Below, in pieces: positions 28,789 to 42,081 of a DNA stretch of 64,000 bases (its first letter is position 1; each line of letters begins with the position of its first letter). Position numbers and translations under genes: made by a program. The notes beneath the pieces were generated by a model, which was not told where the DNA came from, did no database searches, and worked only from the letters and a program-made list of their open reading frames with translations. The stretch comes from Octopus vulgaris. Taxonomy: Eukaryota. The stretch lies in assembly GCA_951406725.2 (NCBI GenBank), contig OX597827.1:28892001-28956000 (forward strand), given 5' to 3'.

Positions 28789-28898
28789 TCCGCTAAAGAC
28801 ATGTAAACCCTGCAAAACAAAGGCATGGCCTGTTACAAATTGTGCACACATAAAGGTTGCTGGGATTCATGTCTCCTTAATCGTAGCATCTTTATGTG

Positions 28899-28973
<75 letters not shown>

Positions 28974-29056
28974 TCTGTTACTCTTTTACTTGTTTCAGTC
29001 ATTTGACTGCGGCTATGCTGGAGCACCGCAGTAAACAATGTAGACCAGCAACCGGA

Positions 29057-29109
29057 TGCCGAAACTCGGGATCAGACTAGGGACCTTTTGATCTTCAAAT
29101 TAACGCTCT
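29057..29109 (-). pseudogene. tRNA-Phe(GAA) pseudogene, 3' two-thirds
   Basis: AGAGCGTTAATTTGAAGATCAAAAGGTCCCTAGTCTGATCCCGAGTTTCGGCA versus metazoan tRNA-Phe AGAGCGTTAGACTGAAGATCTAAAGGTCCCTGGTTCGATCCCGGGTTTCGGCA. Confidence 0.85.
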
Positions 29110-29129
29110 GATAAATATTTCTACATCGT

Positions 29130-30260
29130 TTCTCTGCGGCAGGATGCTCGAGTGACAAATCGCCGCGTCTGGATGGTCTGCCCTACGAGTTTTATAATTG
29201 TATGCCAGACTTGTTTTGAGACGTCTTGACAGCGGTGTACTGCAACTAGCAGCAAAACGAGAGCATATCCGGTTTTGTGAGTCAAGGAGCCGTAGCGCTG
29301 CTGAAGAAAGATCCAAACAAGTGGGATATTATAGATAACATTAGGCCCATCACACTGCTCAATGCAGACTTGAAAATTTTGGCCAAGGTTATAGCTAAGA
29401 GGTTGGCGCTTGTCATCGAGAAACTGGTTGACAAGGCGCAAACGGGCGTCGTGCCGGGCCGCAGCATCCATGTCAACCTCCATCTGAAGCGCTACATCAT
29501 AGACAGGGTAGTTAAGGAACCTGGCATAGGTGGGGCCCTGATCAATTTGGATCAATCGAAAGCTTTCGATAGGGTAGACCACTGATACTTGAAGGCTGTC
29601 CTCAGAGCGGCTGGTTTCGGTCCCGTCTTCCGCAGCTGGATAGCTGCTTTGTATAGAGGTATCCATTCGGTAATTCGCGTAAATGGACATCTCTCGAGAA
29701 GTTTCGACACTGCACGTTCGGTCCGTCAGGGATGCCCCATCTCGTCGCTTCTATACGTATTGACTCTCGAGCCAATACGTATGGTCACTCTCGCCCGGCA
29801 ATGGGCCGAGAGGAAACTGTCCCTAAAAGGTCGACGGAGGTGGCGAACACGTACATCGCGTCCGTCGTCTACTACCGCCTGACCGTCGTGCCTTGTCCTG
29901 ACCCTACCATCACCAAACTAGATCGCATTCTCTTTCGCTTCCTGTGGAAGGGATGCGTCTCAATGGTCAGGCGATCCATTTGCTGTCAACACCCGCTGAA
30001 ATGAGGGCTGGGCATACCGTGGTTGATGATGCGCAGACACCCGCTGAGACTGCGACATTTCCGGCTCTACGTAGACGACGGTGACAGGTGTGGTCAATGC
30101 TTGTCAGGCAGGCTTTCCCGCAGTTCGTCTCCATGACCGAACTGCAGTTGTGGATCAAAAAGAGGCCGAGGAAGGACGAATGGCATAGCGAGTGTCGCGT
30201 TCCTCCCAAGCAACTATGCCGTCCCGGGTCGCCCTTGAGCGACTTCAACACTACCAAATC
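29130..30260 (+). mobile_element. L1/Tx1-clade LINE, RT fragment (stops, internal deletion)
   Basis: KSPRLDGLPYEFY, NIRPITLLNADLKILAK, LDQSKAFDRVDH, RSVRQGCPISSLLYVL; the YADD region is deleted. Confidence 0.9.
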
Positions 30261-30370
30261 ATTCTTCAAACCTCAATACTTACTCGCTCACTACTTTCTC
30301 CAATCTCTCTTCCTCTGTCTTCTATTACCCTCTCTCTCTTTCTCTCTCACACGCTCTCCGTCTCTATCGT

Positions 30371-30422
<52 letters not shown>

Positions 30423-30543
30423 TCACTGCCTCTCTATCTACCCTGATCTATATTTGTCTTAGACATTATTCCTTTTAGTTATATATTAGCTAACCTTTAA
30501 GAATAATTTTTGTTCTTCCCGCCACTGAATTTATTTATTATCA

Positions 30544-30607
<64 letters not shown>

Positions 30608-30824
30608 GTCTATCTATCTATCTACCTATATATCTATCTAGCTAACTAGCTAACTCAGAAATTCTCTACATATTATATATCTTATATACATATATCTTAC
30701 TTATACATATATATCTTAACCGATCCACCTATCTATGTATCTATCTATTGATATATATATAGACAGATAGACAGGCAGATGGATAGATAGACAGAGAGAC
30801 AGATAGACAGGCAGACAGACAGAC

Positions 30825-30875
<51 letters not shown>

Positions 30876-30913
30876 AAAACAGACAGACTGGCAGAGGCAC
30901 AACAGACAGACAG

Positions 30914-30944
<31 letters not shown>

Positions 30945-31033
30945 GATAGATAGATAGACAGACAGACATACATACAGACAGATAGATAGATAGATAGATA
31001 GATAGATAAATAGATAGACAGATAGATAGATTT

Positions 31034-31085
<52 letters not shown>

Positions 31086-31143
31086 TTAGTGAAGGGAATA
31101 ATCCGTAACAAGATAATTCATTTATCCATTTCAATAAAAAAAT

Positions 31144-31180
<37 letters not shown>

Positions 31181-31348
31181 CATAAGGGACTAAAGCCATC
31201 TGAATATGGCTAGGGACAGGGCAGGGTGGTGGGGGTGTTACTGTTGCATTTAGCCCCAGGCGAACATCGACGTCACCAGAAAGGCTCGACACCGTCACGC
31301 TGCCCTTAACCTGCAAAGGGAGGTAATTCCCCGATGAAGCGGAAACCA

Positions 31349-31394
31349 CACACGGACCATGGTTTCAAGGTGTATTGCCTATCATCGGCGTGTG
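31349..31394 (-). ncRNA. Type I hammerhead ribozyme, inverted block (also 31709-31754)
   Basis: Exact reverse complement of 32098-32143. Confidence 0.8.
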
Positions 31395-32097
31395 GTAGGC
31401 CTCCGCTTCCTCGACGAATTCTCACTCTGCAGGATTTTCTTATATAGATTTTCAAGCAAAATACATTTGCTGATTTCGAAAATCTGTTCGAAAGCAATAA
31501 TAATTCTCTAAAAGGGATATAGACAGTAACTGCTCGATAACATAAGGGACTAAAGCCATCTGAATATGGCTAGGGACAGGGCAGGGTGGTGGGGGTGTTA
31601 CTGTTGCATTTAGCCCCAGGCGAACATCGACGTCACCAGAAAGGCTCGACACCGTCACGGTGCCCTTAACCTGCAAAGGGAGGTAATTCCCCGATGAAGC
31701 GGAAACCACACACGGACCATGGTTTCAAGGTGTATTGCCTATCATCGGCGTGTGGTAGGCCTCCGCTTCCTCGACGAATTCTCACTCTGCAGGATTTTCT
31801 TATATAGATTTTCAAGCAAAATACATTTGCTGATTTCGAAAATCTGTTCGAAAGCAATAATAATTCTCTCGCCTGGGGCTAAATGCAACAGTAACACCCC
31901 CACCACCCTGCCCTGTCCCTAGCCATATTCAGATGGCTTTAGTCCCTTATGTTATCGAGCAGTTACTGTCTATATCCCTTTTAGAGAATTATTATTGCTT
32001 TCGAACAGATTTTCGAAATCAGCAAATGTATTTTGCTTGAAAATCTATATAAGAAAATCCTGCAGAGTGAGAATTCGTCGAGGAAGCGGAGGCCTAC

Positions 32098-32143
32098 CAC
32101 ACGCCGATGATAGGCAATACACCTTGAAACCATGGTCCGTGTG
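32098..32143 (+). ncRNA. Type I hammerhead ribozyme (repeated at +360, +720, +1080, +1440)
   Basis: CACACG-CCGATGA-TAGG(CAATACA)CCTT-GAAAC-CATG-GTC^CGTGTG; predicted cleavage after 32137; helix I extends over 32079-32160. Confidence 0.8.
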
Positions 32144-33797
32144 TGGTTTCCGCTTCATCGGGGAATTACCTCCCTTTGCAGGTTAAGGGCACCGTGACGG
32201 TGTCGAGCCTTTCTGGTGACGTCGATGTTCGCCTGGGGCTAAATGCAACAGTAACACCCCCACCACCCTGCCCTGTCCCTAGCCATATTCAGATGGCTTT
32301 AGTCCCTTATGTTATCGAGCAGTTACTGTCTATATCCCTTTTAGAGAATTATTATTGCTTTCGAACAGATTTTCGAAATCAGCAAATGTATTTTGCTTGA
32401 AAATCTATATAAGAAAATCCTGCAGAGTGAGAATTCGTCGAGGAAGCGGAGGCCTACCACACGCCGATGATAGGCAATACACCTTGAAACCATGGTCCGT
32501 GTGTGGTTTCCGCTTCATCGGGGAATTACCTCCCTTTGCAGGTTAAGGGCACCGTGACGGTGTCGAGCCTTTCTGGTGACGTCGATGTTCGCCTGGGGCT
32601 AAATGCAACAGTAACACCCCCACCAACCTGCCCTGTCCCTAGCCATATTCAGATGGCTTTAGTCCCTTATGTTATCGAGCAGTTACTGTCTATATCCCTT
32701 TTAGAGAATTATTATTGCTTTCGAACAGATTTTCGAAATCAGCAAATGTATTTTGCTTGAAAATCTATATAAGAAAATCCTGCAGAGTGAGAATTCGTCG
32801 AGGAAGCGGAGGCCTACCACACGCCGATGATAGGCAATACACCTTGAAACCATGGTCCGTGTGTGGTTTCCGCTTCATCGGGGAATTACCTCCCTTTGCA
32901 GGTTAAGGGCACCGTGACGGTGTCGAGCCTTTCTGGTGACGTCGATGTTCGCCTGGGGCTAAATGCAACAGTAACACCCCCACCACCCTGCCCTGTCCCT
33001 AGCCATATTCAGATGGCTTTAGTCCCTTATGTTATCGAGCAGTTACTGTCTATATCCCTTTTAGAGAATTATTATTGCTTTCGAACAGATTTTCGAAATC
33101 AGCAAATGTATTTTGCTTGAAAATCTATATAAGAAAATCCTGCAGAGTGAGAATTCGTCGAGGAAGCGGAGGCCTACCACACGCCGATGATAGGCAATAC
33201 ACCTTGAAACCATGGTCCGTGTGTGGTTTCCGCTTCATCGGGGAATTACCTCCCTTTGCAGGTTAAGGGCACCGTGACGGTGTCGAGCCTTTCTGGTGAC
33301 GTCGATGTTCGCCTGGGGCTAAATGCAACAGTAACACCCCCACCAACCTGCCCTGTCCCTAGCCATATTCAGATGGCTTTAGTCCCTTATGTTATCGAGC
33401 AGTTACTGTCTATATCCCTTTTAGAGAATTATTATTGCTTTCGAACAGATTTTCGAAATCAGCAAATGTATTTTGCTTGAAAATCTATATAAGAAAATCC
33501 TGCAGAGTGAGAATTCGTCGAGGAAGCGGAGGCCTACCACACGCCGATGATAGGCAATACACCTTGAAACCATGGTCCGTGTGTGGTTTCCGCTTCATCG
33601 GGGAATTACCTCCCTTTGCAGGTTAAGGGCACCGTGACGGTGTCGAGCCTTTCTGGTGACGTCGATGTTCGCCTGGGGCTAAATGCAACAGTAACACCCC
33701 CACCACCCTGCCCTGTCCCTAGCCATATTCAGATGGCTTTAGTCCCTTATGTTATCGAGCAGTTACTGTCTATATCCCTTTTAGAGAATTATTATTG

Positions 33798-33842
<45 letters not shown>

Positions 33843-34214
33843 AATATATATACATATATACATTACATACATGCATATACTCACATAATTATGCATTAAA
33901 CCACACACTTATTCACATACACACACATTCATAAATACACATGCATACACACACCGACACACATAAATATATATTTTTATATAGTTACATATATACAGCT
34001 ATGACTGTGTGTTCGTGTGTATGCAACTATTTGTATGTGCGTCTGTTTGCGTGCATGCCTTTCCTTTATCTCAAGCTGTCTTCCTCAGTAATTTACCCGT
34101 TTCCCACAATCCTTTTCTTCCCAATGTTCCAACCACCGCCACCACCCACTCACATCTCACATCTCTCGTTAACTGTTCCAATTTCTATTATGTTTCGTTT
34201 ATACGTATTTCGAT

Positions 34215-34257
34215 TCCATTATTATTATTGTTATTAATATTATCATTATTATTATTA

Positions 34258-34334
<77 letters not shown>

Positions 34335-34628
34335 ATTATTATTATTATTAACATTATTGTTGTTATTATCATTATTATTTTCATTATTTATCATCTTTGG
34401 CTCTTATTGCTATTGTTGCGAATTTGTTCTTTTCGTTTTTAGTGCATTTTCAATTTTAAGCCAAAATAATATTTTACTTCTTATCTTCACATTCCCTTCC
34501 CCTAACTCATATCTTCTGCGTCTTCTTTTTATTCATTCTCTTCTTCTTCTTCTTCTTCTTCTTCTTCTTCTTCTTCTTCTTCTTCTTCTTCTTCTTCTTC
34601 TTCTTCTTCTTTTTCTTCTTTTTCTTCT

Positions 34629-34660
<32 letters not shown>

Positions 34661-34860
34661 TTCTTTTTCTTCTCTTCTTCTTCTTCTTCTTCTTCTTCTT
34701 CTTCTTTTTCTTCTCTTCTTCTTCTTCTTCTTCTTTTTCTTCTTCTTCTTCTTCTTATTATTATTATTCTTATTCTTATTATTATTATTGTTATTCTTAT
34801 TGTTGTTCTTCTTTTTGTTGTTGTTGTGTTGTTGTTGTGGTGGTTGTTGTATTTTTATTA
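34215..34860. repeat. (TTA)n and (TTC)n microsatellites
   Basis: Directly visible; explains the poly-L ORF 34009-34863. Confidence 0.95.
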
Positions 34861-34889
34861 TAACATTCACACACACACACGCACACACA

Positions 34890-34925
<36 letters not shown>

Positions 34926-35403
34926 TATTTATATATATATATATTACTTCTTACTAATCAAGAGTATTTTTCGGTACATCGCAGAACTTTGTTCCACTTC
35001 CTCAAGACAACCGGTCCGCCTCCTCACCTCGCCACTGCGACCACTATCACTACAACAACAACCACAGCTATCACAACTAGAAGTAGAACAACAATAAAAA
35101 ATGTCACCATCGTCTCCACCACCACCGCAACCATTATTATACGTACTTAACGCTTCCCCCTCCCCTCAAATTTACTAGTGAATCTACCGCTCCCATTTAA
35201 AATTGTGAGGTTTCTCCAGTGTTGTTAGCTCTACCACCACTTCTAATATATCTCCCGCCGCCACCTACATAACTCTTCCACACTACTATTACTACTATTA
35301 ATAATAATAATAATAATAAAAGAAGAAGAACGACAACTACAATAGCAAAAACAACAATAATAATATTAATAATAATAATAACAATCATAATAACAACAAC
35401 AAC

Positions 35404-35485
<82 letters not shown>

Positions 35486-35939
35486 TTGATAATGATAATA
35501 ATAATAATGATGATGATTTCATTTATTTGCCACCAGGGCGAAGGATAAGGGGGGCTCATGATATTACTTACACCATCACCCGCGCTTTCACTTGTTTATC
35601 ATACTCTCTTATTACTCTACAGGTCTGCAGGTTTCTTTTGATTTTGCTTTTGCACTTTTGTTATTTCGATTTCATATTTCGGCATCACTAATGTTTTTTA
35701 TTATTTCATTCTATGTCCTTTTTTTTTGCTTTGTTTTATTTCGAAAATCATTACATTTGTTTATTTATTTATCTTCCTTACTTAATTATTCTATGTTCGC
35801 TTGTCACGAAACTGCTGAGTTTGGAATCATTCGCGCACATATATGTTCTATTTCCATTAGAGAAACAAGTCACTAATGCAAACACACAATACAAAACATT
35901 TCGAATATATATATACACATACACACAAATACATTGCAC

Positions 35940-36036
<97 letters not shown>

Positions 36037-36083
36037 CACAACACAGACACACACACATATATACATATATAGATATATGTATG

Positions 36084-36154
<71 letters not shown>

Positions 36155-36257
36155 ATGAGGCTCTTATTCTCAATCCAAAGACGAAGACTAGTCATCGAAA
36201 ACAGAACTCAAAACATTTTACACTGCAAAATACAATTTTTATTTACATTTTCAGCAT

Positions 36258-36306
<49 letters not shown>

Positions 36307-36380
36307 TATATATGTTGATATATATACTCATATATGCATATACAGCTTCATAGATATATATATGTGATGTATCGATGCAT

Positions 36381-36449
<69 letters not shown>

Positions 36450-36565
36450 TACTTGTACACATTTATTATTTTTTTTTAGGGGAATACTTTCTTTCTATCA
36501 TTTTCAATATTTCTAAAATCTAAACATTCTATTTTCTTGTTATTTCATTTATTTAGCTATTAGCC

Positions 36566-36575
36566 TTGCATCATT

Positions 36576-36613
<38 letters not shown>

Positions 36614-36651
36614 TATTGTTATTATTATTATCATTATTATTATTATTATTA

Positions 36652-36736
<85 letters not shown>

Positions 36737-37606
36737 TATTGTTTCTGTACCTTTTGCTTTACTTTCATTCTTTAATATTTTATTTTCTTTTCCTAATTTT
36801 AATCTTCGTTTTAGATTTTTTTCCTCTTCCTTTCATTCTACCTTCAAGCCTTCCATAGTTTTGCAAATTTTTCACTTTCTCTCCAGCATCTTTCATCTAC
36901 CTACCATTCGCAACAAGTAAATCATCTACTTAAAACGAAAAAGAATATATGAGCAGATCCTCTCTATATTCTATTTTATTAAAATATCCCCCACCACTGC
37001 ACAACCGCCCCCCCGCCCCATGCTCGAGTTTTCAGTTCTCTACTTTTCCTTTCATCATTTCCCTGCGTTTGAAATATTATTATAACTATCATCATCATCG
37101 TCATCATTAGCACCACCATCATCAGCATCAGGAGCATCGTTTTCATCATTATCGTCATCATCCCCTTCATCTTCATCATCCTCATCGTCGTGGTCATCAT
37201 CATCGTCGTCATCATCGACATCAGCGCCACCACCACCATTACCGCCATTACCACCTCCACCACCACCATCTTTATCATCGTCATCGTCATCATCAGCATC
37301 ATTGTTGTCATTTTTGTTATTGTTCTTGTAATTATTGTTGTTGAATATTAGTGGCAACTGAAATATTATTATTATTAATTTCACTATTATTGTTGTTGCT
37401 ATTATTATTATTATATTCATTATTGTTATTAATATTCGTATTAGTATTATTAGTACTATCGTTATATTTTATTATGACTTATGAACATTATCATTATTAA
37501 CATTTTTACTATAATTTCTATTACGATTGCTATTACTATTATTATTATTGTTGTTGTTGTTGTTGTTATTATTATCATCATCATTATTATTATGATTATT
37601 GTTATT

Positions 37607-37650
<44 letters not shown>

Positions 37651-37815
37651 TATTATTAGTATTATTAGTATATTTGTTATTATTGAAGTTCATCACCATC
37701 ATTCACCATCAATATACTCCCCGTCCTCCCCATCCTTTTCCTCATTATTATTATTATTATTAATATTATTACTACTACAACAACTAATACTGCTACTATA
37801 TTTGTTGTTGTTGCT
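36566..37815. repeat. Compound trinucleotide low-complexity region
   Basis: CAT/TAT/CAC runs. Confidence 0.9.
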
Positions 37816-38299
37816 TTTGATTGTTTGCTTATATAAATTCTTTCTTCCTGAACCCTTCCCCCCACCACCAGCCATCTACCTGTAGACTCCTCCAAATATT
37901 CAGCAATACATAATTTGGATGCTACTTTACATCATCCAAAACTATTACATTCGTTCTCAATGAACTCTCTAGTGCAGGAGTGGCAAATGTATCAGAAATA
38001 TTAAAGCTGTTACGTTACATCACATTTTATATAATGATTATTGTTCCCATTCTGTCAGAAATGACGACTATTGCAGTGAGAGGGAGATCTCATGCTCTTA
38101 GAGATTCTTATTTCAAATATAATGGTATACTGAAAATTTATTCCGACATTTATCAGGTTATCAGAGGTTCACGTATTTAACGGTTCTCCTTCGTCTTTCG
38201 ATTAGTCTCTAGTCATATTAGAACGGTTGACTGAAAGTGCAATTTTGACGAACTGGTCATATTTGTATCAGATAAAGTACATATATACAGAAATATGTA

Positions 38300-38465
38300 G
38301 GCGTAGGAGTGGCTGTGTGGTAAGTAACTTGCTTACGAACCACATGGTTCCGGGTTCAGTTCCACTGCGTGGCACCTTGAGCAAGTGTCTTCTACTATAG
38401 CTTCGGGCTGATCAAAGTATTGTGATTGGATTTGGCAGACGGAAACTGAAAAGAAGCCCGTCGTA

Positions 38466-38533
<68 letters not shown>

Positions 38534-38750
38534 TGTGTGTGTGTTTCTGTCTTTGTCCCCACAACATCGCTTGACAGCCGATGCTGGTATGTTTACGTCT
38601 CCGTAACTTGTTGGCTCGGCAATAGAGACTATTAGAATAAGTACTAGGCTTACAAAGAATAAGTTCTGGGGTTGATTTGCTCGACTAAAGGTGGTGCTCC
38701 AGCATGGCCACAGTCAAATGACTGAAACAAATAAAAGAGTAAAGAGAGTA
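38300..38750 (+). mobile_element. Full-length tRNA-derived SINE (family A)
   Basis: A box tggctgtgtggtaag, B box gggttcagttcc, internal (TA)n/(TG)n, A-rich tail. Confidence 0.88.
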
Positions 38751-39237
38751 TATATACATATATATATGTATAAATGTATATATGTGTGTGTGTGTGTATG
38801 TTTATGTGCGCATGTATATATATGAATATGTATATATATATATATATATATGCATATGTGTGTGAGCGCGTACATATATATTGTTGCTTTCTTAAGGGAT
38901 ACACAAAATAACCCTCAGAACTGAAGCTGACACACCTAAATAGAGACATGTGATGAAGCAGTTTTACATGTCTGACTGAATTGTGAACAATAATGCAACC
39001 TCAAATTTAATCAAGAAAATGTCTTCCATCATACAGTTCCATCACAATCTACCCTACAACATAATTATAATTCAACAGTGCTCCATCATAAAATGAAGTG
39101 TATCCGAGTCAAGACTTTGAAATCCATAATATGCTTGTTGAAATATAATAAATTTGTACTCTACAATAAGCCTTCACTTTAATGTAAAATACTTTATAAC
39201 TCAATATTAAATATAATATATGATTTTGAAAATAATT

Positions 39238-39307
<70 letters not shown>

Positions 39308-39324
39308 GAGAGAGAGAGAGATAA

Positions 39325-39790
39325 AACTTGGAAGTGGATGCGTGGCGTTCATTCATATAATAACAAAATAATAAATAAAACATATGCCTATATACATACA
39401 TATATGTACGTACCTACATCTATATGTATATATTCATGCATATATGGGTACAGGATACAAAAAAAAAAAACATCGAACACAATGAGAAACGAAAGCATAA
39501 AAACAAAACCAAAGAAACGGACATTTTTTTAAACAACGAAAAACAGAGTACAAGACATAAAACATAAGGAAAATTCCCCTTCTTCAGCCGCCTCTGCTTC
39601 GTCTACTCCGTGTTTCGAAGGTAAAGGTGAGACACGACTGGTTTGTTTTCATGTTTTCGTTTCTCATTGTGTTCGACGTTTTTCTGGTGTCCTGTACCCA
39701 TATATGCATGTATATATACATATAGATGTAGGTACGTACATATATGTATGTATATATGCATATGTTTTATTTATTATTTTGTTATATATA
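39325..39790. mobile_element. Inverted arrangement of the 7637-8766 family
   Basis: 39325-39640 is a minus copy and 39645-39790 a plus copy of the terminal repeat. Confidence 0.75.
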
Positions 39791-39804
39791 TATATATATA
39801 CGGA

Positions 39805-40135
39805 GATCCCCTTCGGTCACGAATGCCCATGCGATTGCACCTAGAAAGTTACCCTCCGAGGCACAAGTCCGAGCAAGTTTGTTTATGGAAGACCAGCAGT
39901 CGCCCATGCATACCAGTCTCCTTTCTCCATGCCAGAAGTGTTATCCAAGGGAAAGGCAACAGGGCCAATACAGCTTGGCACCAGTGAAGTCACAACGTAT
40001 TTCTACAGTTGAGTAAACTGGAGCAACGGGAAATAAAGTGTCTTGCTGAAGAACACAACACGCAGCCCGATCCGGGATTCGAAATCACAACCAAACCGTC
40101 GTAACCTCGACGCTCTAACCATTGAGCCATGCCCC
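39805..40135 (-). mobile_element. Full-length SINE family B
   Basis: Minus head ggggcatggctcaatggttagagcg...ttcgaatcccgg (A and B boxes). Confidence 0.85.
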
Positions 40136-40155
40136 TTCACACACACACACACACT

Positions 40156-40221
<66 letters not shown>

Positions 40222-40482
40222 TCTGGCTTAGTGGTTTGGCTTTGATTCCCAGACAGGGCGTTGTGTTCTTGAGCCAAGCATTTCATTTCACGTTGCTCTG
40301 CCATCATTCCGTTATCTGACATGTGACATACGGTGAACCTGTACAGATAACGTTCATGCGATGAGTAGAGTGAACTTATGTGTACCAAAATATTTTATCA
40401 CTATAAGCAAATCATCCGTGTGGTTGTTCGGCAAGAAATTGCCGGACACTCATACGTCGTCTAATGGTGGGAGAGTCCATCA
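40222..40482 (+). mobile_element. SINE related to family B/C heads
   Basis: tggcttagtggtt...tttgattccc head followed by gttgtgttcttgagccaagcatttcatttcacgttgctc. Confidence 0.6.
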
Positions 40483-40603
40483 TAGTAAATGTGTGTATAT
40501 ATATATGTGTGCGTATCTAATTATGTGTGTTTGAATGAGCATGTATGTACATGTGCATGTACATATGTGTTTCGTTATGTGCGTGTAAGTATATATATAT
40601 ATA

Positions 40604-40990
40604 GGCGCAGGGGTGGCTGTGTGGTAAGTAGCTTGCTAACCAACCACATGGTTCCGGGTTCAGTCCCACTGCGTGGCATCTTGGGCAAGTGTCTTCTGCT
40701 ATAACCCCGGGCCGACCAATGCCTTGTGAGTGGATTTGGTAGACGGAAACTGAAAGAAGCCTGTCGTATATATGTATATATATATATGTGTTTGTGTGTA
40801 TGTGTTTGTGTGTCTGTGTTTGTCCCCTTAGCATTGCTTGACAACCGATGCTGGTGTCTTTACGTCCCCGTCACGTAGCGGTTCGGCAAAAGAGACCGAT
40901 AGAATAAGTACTGGGCTTACAAAGAATAAGTCCCAGGATCGATTTGCTCAACTAAAGGCGGTGCTCCAGCATGGCCGCAGTCAAGTAAAA
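40604..40990 (+). mobile_element. Full-length SINE family A
   Basis: High identity to 38300-38750. Confidence 0.88.
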
Positions 40991-42041
40991 AAATATATGG
41001 GTGTGTGTGTGTGTGTGTTAGAAGACGTGTAGCTTTGTAAATATGAATTTGTGTTTTTGTGTAAGCTTACATTTAAAATCTATCTTCGCTACTTAAATAC
41101 ATAAGAGAGTTTACATATACTTGTAATATTATAACTAACCATTCTTATTACGGTTTCAGATGCACTTCGAGAATCTTCGAATAAACTCTCGTAAGCATGT
41201 TACTAACTGCTATTTTGGAATGCTACACTTCAATTTTACTAAGTCCACCTGTGTGTCTTTGAAGCCGTTTAAGCTTATAGCCTGTTGCGTTGTGTCATTT
41301 TACAGATATCTGAAACGTATACATCATAAATTAAACTGCACTGGAGACTTCCAGATCCGCTCCGTGGCAAATCAAAGATCTGATATCTGAAAATATCACT
41401 TGCTGTGTCATAAGAAAGAACATTTAAAGATATATACTTCCCGAACTTAGCTCGCTCATTTCTTGATTTTATCCTCTATGTTTCATATTATATATCGCCT
41501 CTTTATCTCACTTATTTCTCCCTTTGAGCGCGCTTGTGTGTGTGTGTGTGTACTTGTTAATACGTCTGTTACACATATACGTTGTAATGGTGTGTAAAAT
41601 TACAAGGAATAGATTTACTTAATATGAGGATATGCGCCGGTTTCAGTTTTTTTGCTTACATACATATACATACGTATACATACATACATACATACATGCA
41701 TGCATGCGTATACATACATACATACATGCATGCATACATACATACATACATACATACATACTTAAATACATGCATGCATACATACATACATACATACATA
41801 CATACATACATACATACATACATACATACATACATACGTACGTACATACATACGTACATATATATGTATATCGGATAGATACGCAAATATTTCAAAATTG
41901 GATGGAATACTTTTCCTTGATATACACAGAGACCCACGGGCGCTAACACACACATAAATATATACACATATGTACATACATGCATGCATATATATATGGA
42001 TAGATAGATACATATATACAGACACATGTATATATATATGA

Positions 42042-42081
<40 letters not shown>

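Larger units (their letters stand above)
31177..33799. repeat. 360-bp tandem array (about 1.9 units on minus, about 5.4 units on plus), retrozyme-like
   Basis: Exact 360-bp period; three substitutions seen in total; inversion junction at 31869/31870; (TA)n on both flanks; one HHR per unit. Confidence 0.95.

Noticed and set aside
31330-31366. Second, opposite-polarity HHR in the unit (CCGATGA-AGCG-GAAAC...GGTT)
   Set aside because: No stem II and no helix I pairing; the sequence is the complement of the real helix I extension.
31875-31970. HDV-like or twister ribozyme in the crossing helices
   Set aside because: Helix order resembles HDV but P3, P1.1 and J4/2 are absent; the twister-like TGTCCCTAGCC lacks P4 and the GAGGG partner.
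31177-33799. CRISPR array
   Set aside because: Eukaryotic context, and whole units are identical with no unique spacers.
31143-33888. Repeated 63-aa and 85-aa ORFs in the 360-bp array
   Set aside because: TTG/GTG starts, no recognisable domain, and they overlap the ribozyme; by-products of the repeat.
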